Positions 24,301 through 32,872 of a DNA stretch of 36,794 bases are shown one piece after another (positions within the stretch are counted from its first letter, which is position 1; each line of letters opens with the position of its first letter). The stretch lies in the IMG/VR virus record IMGVR_UViG_3300009702_000009, positions 1-36,794 of that record. The stretch is one strand, 5' to 3'. The notes below the pieces were generated by a model. That model was not told where the DNA came from, searched no databases, and saw only the letters and a program-made list of their open reading frames with translations. A program made the position numbers and the translations under genes. Source of the stretch: a virus.

Positions 24301-27244
24301 TGTTGATGGAGTAACTTTTAATCAAACTTCAGGGTGGAGTATCATTATTAGTGGTAGTGGAAAATTAACTAGTATTACTACTGATGTTGATGGGACAATA
24401 ACTGTTAGTAGTGGTGGATTTTATGAAGGTGTGTCAGGTGTTAAATGGGAGAATACAGGAAGTGTTTATTATGCATCTCATTTTTGGACTAATATTAAAG
24501 ATAATTCTTCCAATCTTGATTTACAAAATTGTATTATTGCTTATGTTGAAACAGATACTGATAGTGACCAAACTTATAACACCTCATTAGTTAAAGGAGG
24601 ATTATTAAGTGATGTTAATGGAAATGTTGAAGGGTATGTTGTTTATAAAGTAGATACTACCACTTATTCAGGGCATAAAGAAATAGTTGGAGAATACAAT
24701 TATGTATGGAGTAGTATTCCTAAAAGTTTTAATGGAGGACAAGTAGGAACACCTTCATCTTATAATGGTGTAAGGCTAAATGTTGATTCTCATATTTCTA
24801 AAACTAAAGCTAACGCATTATTAGTTTCAGGAATTACAACCAATCATACAACATCAACTTTAGATGCTTCAAGTAATGTGTATCAAGACGTTTATGATAA
24901 CCTTAAAGCTAGACAAACACGAGTAGCAGATATAGAAACTGGAAAAGCAGGATATATGAGTTTTTATAGTGTTGGTTTGATTTTATCGTATGATGGAACT
25001 TTTTATTCTCTTATTGATACTTGGATTATTCAGAATATTGGAGGCACAGGAACATTAAAGAATGGAACGGCAGAATTAGGAACGGCAGGAACCATAAGTT
25101 TTGATTTTCAAGATGTTGATTTAGATTATACTGTTATAGGCACTTTTGACCATAGAGGGAGAGTTATGGGTGGAACTATAACTTTCGATAACACTAGTGG
25201 AGGGAATGTTACTGCTCAAATTGATGCAGGAGTTGTTTACGTTAATAATGGCCCTAACATTACTGTTGAACAAGGAACTATAAGCACAGGAATTAATTTC
25301 ACTGGATTAATTAGTGGGAGTCAAGTTTATGTTTTTGCTACAGGGACTCAAACTGTTAAAACTTTTATTGAGAGTAGTGGAACTTCTTATTTATGGAGTG
25401 AAACATGGGTATCTGACCAAACTGTAGATTATACTATTATCAATGAAGGATATTTACCTGTAAGAGTTACTGGAGTAGTTGCTAGTACATCTATTCAAAC
25501 AATACCAATAAATCAAATTGTTGATAGGGCTTATCAGAGTAGTTCAGGTCTTACATTTGGAACAACTGCAACAGTAAATACTACTACTAAAATATTTGGA
25601 TTAACTGTGACTTCAACAGTTCAAAATTGGTATAGTTTCATGATGGAAAGTTGGAGAAGTGAAAGTACACTTAAGAATGTTCAATTCCCTCTTAGTGCTA
25701 ATGGCCCAAATAGTTTCACATTAAAAGAATATGAATGGGATGCTACTAGTAGTATTAATAATCTTACAAGTGATGGAATGAGATATACTGATGCTAGTGA
25801 TGTATTAACTGCGAGTTGGTGTGGAATTTTATCTATTGGAGATGTTACAGGATTACAAATTAAATATCAACAACAAGATGGACTTAATACTACTAATGCT
25901 CTAACAACAGGACCAATAAACCAATTAATACAGATTTATGGAGATGCTACTCACGGTAATTTTGATTATACAGGGCATATGGTATTAAAGATTCAAGAGG
26001 ATGGTTATGACCAAGCTGATAGTGATTTAGTTAATATTTTTGGAACTTTAGAAGACCAATTTTATGTTACAGGTTTATTACCTTTAAGCAATGGATTGAC
26101 AACAGGAGACCCTAGTGTTACAGGAGTTACAATAACTGACCACGGTGCATCTCCTGTAACCTGGAATGGAAAATCTTTTTCAATAACTATAACTGATAGT
26201 GCAACAGCTCACACAGGTACTGAGATTATGCGTTGGATAAGATATAATCTTAGTTTAGGAGGAACATTTCAGGGTAAAGATGCGTTTAATTGGCATGATT
26301 TAGTGCAAATAGATGGTTCAAAATTCAAAACAGTTAGAGGCGAGATTTATGGGGACATAGGAGCAACAATAAAAGGAGTTAGAGTTGTACAAAATGATGG
26401 AACAACAGCACATCTTGATTTTAGTAAATTTGAAGCAGATGATGGAACATTTTATGTGCCTCCTGTAATTTTACCTGCTACAATTTCTAGTTTAGTTGCA
26501 GGAAGTAGGGTTCAAGTATATAATGTTACAACTTCTACTGAGGTATTCAATGATATAGTTGCAGGAACAACTTATTCTGTTAATTATACAGAAGGAGTAG
26601 ATTATACTGCAGGAGATACTGTAAGGATAAGAGTTGCTTATGTAAGTGGAACAACTGCAAAAGAAGGATGGAATACTAATGTGATTGCAACTTCAAGTGG
26701 TTGGAGTACAGTTGCTGCACAAGTAGATGATGATGTATATAATACTAATGCTGTTGATGGTTCATTAATTACAAAATTTACAGCAGATTATATTAGTGAT
26801 GAAATAGATTTATCTGCTGATTCTAATTTCACATCACAAGAGGCTTATGCATTTTATATGTATAGTGTATTTACTGCACCAGGTATAGAACAATTTTATG
26901 GCGGTGTAGAGGCAATTGATACAGGTAACTATAAAATTCTTACATCAGTATTGAATTTATATTTTGATAATACTACAACTGCATCCCATAGACAAACAGA
27001 TTCTGCAAGAATATTTAGAGATGATGGAACATATCCTGTTAAAGACCCTACAACAAGTGCATTTGGAATTGATGTGAATTGGATGACACCTGTAAATGTT
27101 GTTGAAGTTAATACAGGTTCAGCAGTTAATAAGACAACAGTTAAAGATGCATTAACTGAACAAGGATATACAACAACAAGAGCACCTAAGATAGATGATA
27201 TTGATAAAGCATTAACAACAAGCAAATTTATAGCACTAAAATAA
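21353..27244 (+). CDS. Giant (1963 aa) virion-associated beta-helix / adhesin-like protein
   Basis: AGGTGA upstream of the ATG. T/S/G/N-rich. The segment about 22745-23040 (NCNNATLTNIKFF...NTKIIGLTLVG...CSFENIKFS...GILFDGGSFENFILKG) looks like parallel beta-helix repeats. Confidence 0.6.
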   Translation: MTNHTISSNTDINTFNNTVTWVNGDTITINTDITFTIDEPNISSRINKYLYTHTVSGILLLDGTSIREMDYDGGTLSAVPTLGDTITGGTSGATGTVVFLNSTASTVSGNMLIKGISGQFEDNETLTFTTPTGSALANGNGVSGTVTTADATGTTLTDSTATFITRGVKEGEYILNTTDGSIGKITNVDSETQLTCEVLTGGTGNDFGLSDAYKISADRRGWIQYASKDDTSGNTIVGVGTLKVTGEWYSLGRSTGLASQTFTHYTSDYVPFVEIETSAGSGVYEVWLNASRSGLTTVGIGDTGRFFVSITGSSTLTFGDGVNGEIPPTNANVRVPNVHWSQADTTSWPAIKMHATYYYRVSVAIQNLDLDTFSGGSLYMNTQTSTAVSQKLYNCKIFNSGFSQRVLINDPIQSTNIDGCYVGSPDPAATNNNISSVFGGFSRGTMTSINKFYSSGYYSSAQVPISNCNNATLTNIKFFKQTRGGTGYYGFVFSSNRNTKIIGLTLVGALVSLTSCPGCSFENIKFSCEPTGIKKTSSGAYGILFDGGSFENFILKGYEYTNPGAPSYLGDINISSGFGTGLVIRDIGSYSTPIDLDTHAPFIVRLSGNFQDPLVARVYVKNNRVTSPYVPIAFYTYGAARSPQTYNCATYHDTLANVGFQRVYSKTTPRGIRTNFLNYGAGNYDLDNYSLPDDTIFYDGFKSDTTGVVSFTQGSVLELTAYKTFTGSVIFTGGSSGDQFSSSGATITWECPSIVYGHTGLTGYTVGGSINSYSTKDYQIDTGSGWSSWKTLNTTNLTSETISSSTGFKLKVRLTSTTSSTKSLNYVEIQTTTTLADQRDNTVDIDTFDLTLTGVLSGSNYRIEKNIDGTLLASGTATADQVVKVNTTTGAVMDILIGKDQYKRFVTSAIAASLGVESFISQISDTFRTVSDIVANAYTGIAINGTAKTVTITTAHTHQELYDYCKAWAIQTNNLQYDVPLTTVDGVTFNQTSGWSIIISGSGKLTSITTDVDGTITVSSGGFYEGVSGVKWENTGSVYYASHFWTNIKDNSSNLDLQNCIIAYVETDTDSDQTYNTSLVKGGLLSDVNGNVEGYVVYKVDTTTYSGHKEIVGEYNYVWSSIPKSFNGGQVGTPSSYNGVRLNVDSHISKTKANALLVSGITTNHTTSTLDASSNVYQDVYDNLKARQTRVADIETGKAGYMSFYSVGLILSYDGTFYSLIDTWIIQNIGGTGTLKNGTAELGTAGTISFDFQDVDLDYTVIGTFDHRGRVMGGTITFDNTSGGNVTAQIDAGVVYVNNGPNITVEQGTISTGINFTGLISGSQVYVFATGTQTVKTFIESSGTSYLWSETWVSDQTVDYTIINEGYLPVRVTGVVASTSIQTIPINQIVDRAYQSSSGLTFGTTATVNTTTKIFGLTVTSTVQNWYSFMMESWRSESTLKNVQFPLSANGPNSFTLKEYEWDATSSINNLTSDGMRYTDASDVLTASWCGILSIGDVTGLQIKYQQQDGLNTTNALTTGPINQLIQIYGDATHGNFDYTGHMVLKIQEDGYDQADSDLVNIFGTLEDQFYVTGLLPLSNGLTTGDPSVTGVTITDHGASPVTWNGKSFSITITDSATAHTGTEIMRWIRYNLSLGGTFQGKDAFNWHDLVQIDGSKFKTVRGEIYGDIGATIKGVRVVQNDGTTAHLDFSKFEADDGTFYVPPVILPATISSLVAGSRVQVYNVTTSTEVFNDIVAGTTYSVNYTEGVDYTAGDTVRIRVAYVSGTTAKEGWNTNVIATSSGWSTVAAQVDDDVYNTNAVDGSLITKFTADYISDEIDLSADSNFTSQEAYAFYMYSVFTAPGIEQFYGGVEAIDTGNYKILTSVLNLYFDNTTTASHRQTDSARIFRDDGTYPVKDPTTSAFGIDVNWMTPVNVVEVNTGSAVNKTTVKDALTEQGYTTTRAPKIDDIDKALTTSKFIALK

Positions 27245-27247
27245 AAT

Positions 27248-27391
27248 TTATTTAATTGGATTTCTTATTATATATTCTTCTACTGCCCTTATAACTAATG
27301 GGGAAAGTTTTCTTCCTGTTTTCTCACAATAATAATTAAATTTATCAAAGTTTTCTTCACCAAAATATATATTTGCTTTAGTTTTAGCCAT
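27248..27391 (-). CDS. Ribbon-helix-helix (CopG/Arc-like) protein, 47 aa; the only minus-strand gene
   Basis: Hand-translated base by base: MAKTKANIYFGEENFDKFNYYCEKTGRKLSPLVIRAVEEYIIRNPIK. Convergent with the giant gene and divergent from the head operon. Confidence 0.6.
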   Translation of the reverse strand: MAKTKANIYFGEENFDKFNYYCEKTGRKLSPLVIRAVEEYIIRNPIK

Positions 27392-27441
27392 TAATATATA
27401 CTCTTTTATGTATCTTTATAAGTTTTTATGTTCACTACTTG

Positions 27442-27451
27442 CTTATAAATG
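27442..27451 (+). promoter_or_regulatory. TATA-box-like 10-mer CTTATAAATG
   Basis: 21 nt upstream of ATG 27473. Confidence 0.5.
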
Positions 27452-27472
27452 AGAAAAACTTAAAAATAGGTA

Positions 27473-28399
27473 ATGGGTCCGACAGATACTAAATTTCATT
27501 TGATAGAAGTCAAATCTGAATCAGGTAGAAATTATTTTATTGAAGGATTTGTTTCAACGACTGACCCAGATTTGTATAATGATATTGTTACAGAAGAAGC
27601 ACAAAAATCTATATTACATCAATTATTAAATCGTAATATTACTATGGATGAAGACCATGATGTTTGGAGAGATTCAAATACAGGGGAATCATTTGATAGG
27701 CCTCAAAACAAAATACCTGCTGCTAAAGTCGAAAAGGCAGAACTACGTGATGTAGGAGACGGAAGTACAGGAACTTTTGTTAGAGTTAAACTAAATAAGA
27801 ATTATCCTAGATTTAAAGCCTTATTAGGTTCAATTAAAGAAGGATTTGTTCACAGTTTTTCAATTGCATATAATGTATTGAAAGATTCTCCAAAACGAAT
27901 TGGAGAAGAAACTTTTAGAGTAATTGATGATTTAAATATATTCAATGTAGGAATCACAGGTGTCCCAGTAAACAATAATGCAAAATTTCAATTGGCTTTA
28001 AAGTCATTAAATATAAAAATGTCAGAAGAAAATAACATTGAAGAAATGCAAACTAAAATAGATTCTCTTGAAAAAGAGAATACTGAGTTTAAATCTCTAA
28101 TTGATGCAAAAGATGCAGAACTTAAATCTCTTAATGAGAAAGTGGAAGCATCTGAAACATCAGTTAAAGAAAAGAACGCAGAATTTAAATCTGTTAGTGA
28201 AGCAAAAGAAAAAGAATTAACTGAGCTTAAATCTAAGTTTGATAAAGTGGAAGCTTTAGAAAAACAAGTTGCTGAGTTAAAGAGCTTTCAAGAGAAAGTA
28301 GAGAAAACTCCTATTAATGGAGCAGAACTTAAATCTCAGGTTCCTTCACAAATCGTAGCAAGTGAAGTAAATTTCAAATCGCTACTACCCACTAATTAA
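27473..28399 (+). CDS. Prohead protease (HK97/S78-like) fused to a coiled-coil scaffold-like domain
   Basis: N-terminal YFIEGFVSTTDPDLYNDIV...MDEDHD...HSFSIAY resembles caudoviral prohead proteases. The C-terminal about 130 aa are E/K-rich with eight [LF]KS repeats. Confidence 0.6.
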   Translation: MGPTDTKFHLIEVKSESGRNYFIEGFVSTTDPDLYNDIVTEEAQKSILHQLLNRNITMDEDHDVWRDSNTGESFDRPQNKIPAAKVEKAELRDVGDGSTGTFVRVKLNKNYPRFKALLGSIKEGFVHSFSIAYNVLKDSPKRIGEETFRVIDDLNIFNVGITGVPVNNNAKFQLALKSLNIKMSEENNIEEMQTKIDSLEKENTEFKSLIDAKDAELKSLNEKVEASETSVKEKNAEFKSVSEAKEKELTELKSKFDKVEALEKQVAELKSFQEKVEKTPINGAELKSQVPSQIVASEVNFKSLLPTN

Positions 28400-28401
28400 A
28401 A

Positions 28402-29580
28402 ATGGAAGATGTAAATTTCGGAAGAGGAGCACCAAACGCATCAGTATATACTAAATCCTTTGGAAACATGAAAGATGGAAGTATTTATTATGACCCTATG
28501 AATACACAGTTTGGACAAGTAGAATCAAGCCCTGAACTTAAATCTAAGTTTGAGGATATCAGAAAAGGTATGGCAAATCATTTAATTGATGTAGTTCCAG
28601 AACTTAAATCAAGATATAATGTAGAGACTAAATCCTTTACTGCAACAACAGGAGGTACAGGAACAACAGATAATGTAATGAATCCTATTTTCTTAGATAG
28701 AGACATTGTTGATACATCAAGAAAACAAACTCCTATGAGAAGTATTCTTCGTAGAGTATCCAATCAAGGAATTAAAGCAGTTTATAATGTAATTACAGGA
28801 AAACAAACTGCATCATTTCAAGGTGAATTAGAGCCACAAGTAGTTAGTGACTTTACACCTGAGAGAAGTTCAAAAGATGTTAAAATCATTAGAGTAGCAG
28901 GATACACATCAGGATTAGCTCAAGCTAGTGTACCTTCCTTTAATCTACAAGATATTCAAGGAACAAATTCAGAATTTGGACAATTCTCAGGAAGTGTTGG
29001 AAGTACTGCTATGGACCAAAACGTTTTAACAGCTACTAGAGCAATACAAGAGTTTGAAGAGAATAAAATCTTTAATGGAAACTCAGGAACAGATTCTAAA
29101 GAATTTGATGGTATTGTAGCTTTACAAGGTTCAACTAATTGTACTGCATTAGGTGGAACAGCAATTACTCTAGATAACTTAGATGATGCATATTTTGATG
29201 CATATCAAGCAGGAGGTCAACCTAATATCGCAGTATGTGATGTTGTAACTTACAAAAAAGTTAAACAACTATTACAAAATAAAGGTGGATTCTTAGAATA
29301 CAAAGATTTAGGAGTATATGGATTTAAAGCTCTTATGATTAAGACAGGAGATACAGATATCCCTTTAATTCCGAGTAGATTCTTATCCACAACAGCAGCA
29401 GCACAATCTCTTTACATGTTAGATTTATCTGTATGGGAAATGAGAGTGTTGTTAGATTTAACTTTCGAGACACTTGCAAAAGTTGATGATGGAAATAAGT
29501 TCATGCTTAAAATGTATGAAGTGCTTGTAGATAAATCTAATGCAGCCTTCAATGCATGTATTACAGGAGGAACAAACTAA
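28402..29580 (+). CDS. Major capsid protein (HK97-fold, by position and size)
   Basis: 392 aa, directly after the protease-scaffold gene. N-terminal about 77 aa carry the repeated ELKS/ETKS motifs. Confidence 0.65.
   Translation: MEDVNFGRGAPNASVYTKSFGNMKDGSIYYDPMNTQFGQVESSPELKSKFEDIRKGMANHLIDVVPELKSRYNVETKSFTATTGGTGTTDNVMNPIFLDRDIVDTSRKQTPMRSILRRVSNQGIKAVYNVITGKQTASFQGELEPQVVSDFTPERSSKDVKIIRVAGYTSGLAQASVPSFNLQDIQGTNSEFGQFSGSVGSTAMDQNVLTATRAIQEFEENKIFNGNSGTDSKEFDGIVALQGSTNCTALGGTAITLDNLDDAYFDAYQAGGQPNIAVCDVVTYKKVKQLLQNKGGFLEYKDLGVYGFKALMIKTGDTDIPLIPSRFLSTTAAAQSLYMLDLSVWEMRVLLDLTFETLAKVDDGNKFMLKMYEVLVDKSNAAFNACITGGTN
28624..28685 (+). repeat. 62-nt repeat, copy in the capsid gene
   Basis: 60/62 identical to 18378-18439. 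Encodes ETKSFTATTGGTGTTDNVMNP. Confidence 0.9.
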
Positions 29581-29581
29581 A

Positions 29582-29869
29582 ATGGCAGACGTAACTAGCA
29601 CATCCACATTTAAAGAACAGAGCCCAAGACTTGAAAATAAAGTTATTGAGGTTACAACATTAGCTACAGCAGTAACAGCTGATACTTTCACAATCACATT
29701 AAGTGATTATGGAATTGATGCAACTGCAGATGTAGGTATCTTAGGATTTGATATTGAAAATCAAGTTCAAGAACAACCAACTTGGACTACTCCATCATCA
29801 GGAGTGGTTACAGTAACAGTTGGTGGAACAGCAAATACTGCACAAAGGAGATATATTATCTTTGGATAA
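29582..29869 (+). CDS. Small beta-rich head protein (decoration candidate)
   Basis: ATG 29582 (MADVTST..) lies just after the capsid stop. Preferred over the overlapping 29540 start in the ORF track. Confidence 0.45.
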   Translation: MADVTSTSTFKEQSPRLENKVIEVTTLATAVTADTFTITLSDYGIDATADVGILGFDIENQVQEQPTWTTPSSGVVTVTVGGTANTAQRRYIIFG

Positions 29870-29897
29870 TTATCTTTCTTTTGGGAGAAACTAATAA

Positions 29898-30161
29898 ATG
29901 ACTAATGTAAATTTAAATGAAGACGCATTATTACCTCAAGCAGGAACAGACTCTAAAGGTAGGAAACTTTCATTTGTAAATTCAGCAACTAAAGCAGCAC
30001 AAAATGATACAATAACTCTAAATGGGGCAAATAGTATTGATTGGGCTATTTTAACTATTGATGCAACAGGTGCCGCAGAAACATATACTCCATCAGGTAA
30101 TGTGATTACTTTAACTAGTACAACAACAGGTGCTGTATCAGGAGTAATTCTTTATAGGTGA
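29898..30161 (+). CDS. Small beta-rich head protein (decoration candidate)
   Basis: 87-aa ORF, T/A/G-rich like the preceding product. Confidence 0.4.
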   Translation: MTNVNLNEDALLPQAGTDSKGRKLSFVNSATKAAQNDTITLNGANSIDWAILTIDATGAAETYTPSGNVITLTSTTTGAVSGVILYR

Positions 30162-30166
30162 TACAA

Positions 30167-30436
30167 ATGGCTGAAGAGAAAAGAGAATTTAATTTAGATG
30201 AACCTGAATCTTTAGAGGAAGTCCTTGAAGAAGAACCTGTTCAAGAAGAATTAAATGTAGAAGAAGAGGTTGTTGAAGAACCTGAAGTTGTTGAGGAACC
30301 TGTTTCTGAACCTGAAGTAGAAGAACAACCCGAAGTAAAAGAAGAGAAAGAAGCCCCACAATCCAAACAAGGGAAAATGGTAAAAGTTGGAGAAGACAAA
30401 TATGGAAATCCAACATTTAAATGGCAAGAAGATTAA
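30167..30436 (+). CDS. Highly acidic E/P/V-repeat protein
   Basis: GGTGA 5 nt upstream of ATG 30167. EEPVQEELNVEEEVVEEPEVVEEPVSEPEVEEQPEV. Confidence 0.5.
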   Translation: MAEEKREFNLDEPESLEEVLEEEPVQEELNVEEEVVEEPEVVEEPVSEPEVEEQPEVKEEKEAPQSKQGKMVKVGEDKYGNPTFKWQED

Positions 30437-30463
30437 TTTTATTACTATTATTTTTTAGTAATA

Positions 30464-30473
30464 TTTATAAATA
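30464..30473 (+). promoter_or_regulatory. TATA-box-like 10-mer TTTATAAATA
   Basis: Exact 10-mer, 20 nt upstream of ATG 30494. Confidence 0.6.
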
Positions 30474-30493
30474 AGTAATATCATAATTTTAGT

Positions 30494-31330
30494 ATGAGTC
30501 TCGTAACCCCTAGTGATATTAGAGCCCAAACTGGTGCACCTGTTTCTTTGATTAGTGATGCAGATATACAATCAATTATAGATGAAACAGAATTAAAACT
30601 CGAGAGTGTATGGGGGATTAAATTCACACCTACTACAACTATTGAGATTAAAACTGCTGATTGGAAAGATAAGATAATAGTAGATGAATATTTCCCTTTA
30701 ACAGTATATGAATTAAGAAATGGGAGTACAGTAATGGATTTAGATAATTTATATGTTCATTCTGATACAGGGATTATAGAGATATATGGAGACACTATAG
30801 GGGGACAATACTCTAGTAGATTCTCAGGTTGGGATATTGATGTTAAATTAAAATATTTATATGGTGCTGTTGAAAAAGATACAACAGTTCAAACAACAAC
30901 AGGAGGAGCAATCTTAGCAGGAACAGCTGTAAGTGTAACTGTAACTGACACAACAGGATTTATAGCAGGGGATTATATTTTTATTGAAGATTTAAATAGA
31001 AAAAGAGAAGTTGGTTTAATTACTACAATTGATGATGGAACCACAATGACCATAACTAGTTTAGTTTATCCTTATGAATCAGGAGCTCTAATCACGAAAT
31101 CAAAGGCTAATGAAATATTTAGACAATTATCATTATATGAGAGTTCTCTTGCTGTTGCAATCAACGCTATAGGTTCTACTTATACAATTGCAACAGGATA
31201 TACTTATCCTGAATATTCAGTGCAGAAGGGAGTTCCATACACCCATTGGTTAAATGCATTTGATAGAAATATTAAAGCACGAGACGGTGTTAAAATTAGA
31301 GTAAAGGCACTTTTAGGTAGTATGGTGTAA
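30494..31330 (+). CDS. Head-tail connector (gp6-like N-terminus) with C-terminal extension
   Basis: The N-terminus SLVTPSDIRAQTGAPVSLISDADIQSIIDETELKLESVWG resembles gp6-type adaptor proteins. Position follows the capsid genes. Confidence 0.45.
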   Translation: MSLVTPSDIRAQTGAPVSLISDADIQSIIDETELKLESVWGIKFTPTTTIEIKTADWKDKIIVDEYFPLTVYELRNGSTVMDLDNLYVHSDTGIIEIYGDTIGGQYSSRFSGWDIDVKLKYLYGAVEKDTTVQTTTGGAILAGTAVSVTVTDTTGFIAGDYIFIEDLNRKREVGLITTIDDGTTMTITSLVYPYESGALITKSKANEIFRQLSLYESSLAVAINAIGSTYTIATGYTYPEYSVQKGVPYTHWLNAFDRNIKARDGVKIRVKALLGSMV

Positions 31331-31334
31331 ATAA

Positions 31335-31700
31335 ATGGCAACGATAATTAGTAGTGATGATTTCACTGCAAACGCTTTAGCAGACAATAGTGTTGATGTT
31401 ACAAGAATCCCTATAACTAAAACTTTAACTGGAAATGGGGATGAAATATTAACTGAAGGGACATCTGAAGTAATTTCAGTTATATTACATAAGAGAAAAC
31501 CCATTCTTTTATCAAATGAACAAGGATTAGAGATATTATCTGATGCTTATATCATGACAGGACCCTCTCAGGCTTTAAATAGAGATGATAAAATAACATT
31601 CGGTACTGAGAATTATAGGGTAATTAATAAACCTATTGTGAGGGGTCCTAGTGGAGACACTGTTTTTTATAAATACGCCGATATGGTATTTTTAAGCTAA
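31335..31700 (+). CDS. Head closure / neck protein (position)
   Basis: 121-aa ORF in the connector block. Confidence 0.4.
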   Translation: MATIISSDDFTANALADNSVDVTRIPITKTLTGNGDEILTEGTSEVISVILHKRKPILLSNEQGLEILSDAYIMTGPSQALNRDDKITFGTENYRVINKPIVRGPSGDTVFYKYADMVFLS

Positions 31701-32128
31701 TGGTATTCGATAAAACAACATTTATGAATGTAGTCACACAATTACTTACTAACGAATTTGTAAAAGAAGCTCCAAAAAAGACAAGTCATTTGGCTAGAAG
31801 TTTTCAATCCACAGTACGAATTGAAGGGTATAAAATAAAGTACACTTTACCTAAATATGCAGGAGCAGTTATGAATGGGTCAGCACCTCATGATATTATG
31901 GTTCGAGATAAAAAGATTTTAGCTGTTCCAATTAGAGAATGGGAAGGGAAATCCCCAAACGCATATGGGTCAGGTAAATTTCCAATGTTATCTAAAGATG
32001 GACAATTTGTTATGTTAGGTAAAAAAGTTAGACACCCAGGAAATAAACCTAATCCATTCATGAAAGATGTCTTACATAGAAAATTAAAAGATATAATCGA
32101 CCAAGCAATAGAGATAGCGAGTAGATAG
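31700..32128 (+). CDS. HK97 gp10-like neck/tail completion protein
   Basis: EAPKKTSHLARSF resembles the aP.dTG.Lr.Si motif of the gp10 family. Confidence 0.5.
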   Translation: MVFDKTTFMNVVTQLLTNEFVKEAPKKTSHLARSFQSTVRIEGYKIKYTLPKYAGAVMNGSAPHDIMVRDKKILAVPIREWEGKSPNAYGSGKFPMLSKDGQFVMLGKKVRHPGNKPNPFMKDVLHRKLKDIIDQAIEIASR

Positions 32129-32133
32129 TAAAC

Positions 32134-32143
32134 TTTATAAATA
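32134..32143 (+). promoter_or_regulatory. TATA-box-like 10-mer TTTATAAATA
   Basis: Exact 10-mer upstream of the tail operon (GTG 32195). Confidence 0.5.
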
Positions 32144-32194
32144 TCGTTATTGAAATTTAGTTAGTTAAAGGCAAGTGCCGATGACTAATGCTAA

Positions 32195-32869
32195 GTGGCA
32201 GACATAGATTATAAACAAATAAAAGAAGAATTACTTAATCGTATAAGGAATGCAGATGTTTTAACTATCTCAGAGAGAGGAGTTACTACTACTACAGATT
32301 CATTTAATGGTGATAATATACAAACCCAATTTACATTAACAAATTCAGGAATAAAAAACATTCGTGAAGTTAGAGTAGATACGAACATTCAAACACCATT
32401 AGTTGATTACACATATACTTTAACAGAAACTGATGAAAATAATAAAGTAATCACATTTACAACACCACCTGGAGTTGGGATATTAAATGTTGAAATAGAT
32501 TATGATTATAGTTCATCAGGAGATAAAATATATGATGATTTTCCTTTAGCTGAGATTAGTATTGATTCATACCCTAGAATAGGGTTTGAGATAATTTCAG
32601 ATAATACAACATTAGAAAGTTTTAATCGACAATTATATCAAACAGAGTTATTGATTTCATTTCAAGCATTTGGGGTGGGAAGAAATGCTACTGAAGATAT
32701 ATTATCAAATTTAAGGCAACATTTAATGGACAATAGAAACAATTTAGTAAGGCTTACTTATATTGAACCAAGAGGAAGAAGTAGGATTCTTTCTGTTGAA
32801 AGTACCAATGGAAAAATATTCAAAAGAACTACAGATTTTGCAGCACCTTTTGAATTTGAGGAGGGATAA
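32195..32869 (+). CDS. Tail terminator/completion-like protein
   Basis: GTG start (MAD...). 224 aa. Lies immediately before the tail tube gene. Confidence 0.45.
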   Translation: MADIDYKQIKEELLNRIRNADVLTISERGVTTTTDSFNGDNIQTQFTLTNSGIKNIREVRVDTNIQTPLVDYTYTLTETDENNKVITFTTPPGVGILNVEIDYDYSSSGDKIYDDFPLAEISIDSYPRIGFEIISDNTTLESFNRQLYQTELLISFQAFGVGRNATEDILSNLRQHLMDNRNNLVRLTYIEPRGRSRILSVESTNGKIFKRTTDFAAPFEFEEG

Positions 32870-32872
32870 AAA

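Noticed and set aside
28085-28381. Short periodic repeats (gaacttaaatct, and gaagaacctg at 30230-30330) as a CRISPR array or satellite
   Set aside because: They are in frame within well-supported coding regions, have irregular spacing and correspond to peptide repeats. No repeat-spacer architecture exists anywhere in the window.
29540-29581. Upstream start (29540) of the ORF following the capsid gene
   Set aside because: It would overlap the capsid gene by 41 nt. ATG 29582 lies directly after the capsid stop and gives the MAD.. N-terminus also seen at 32195 and 34550.
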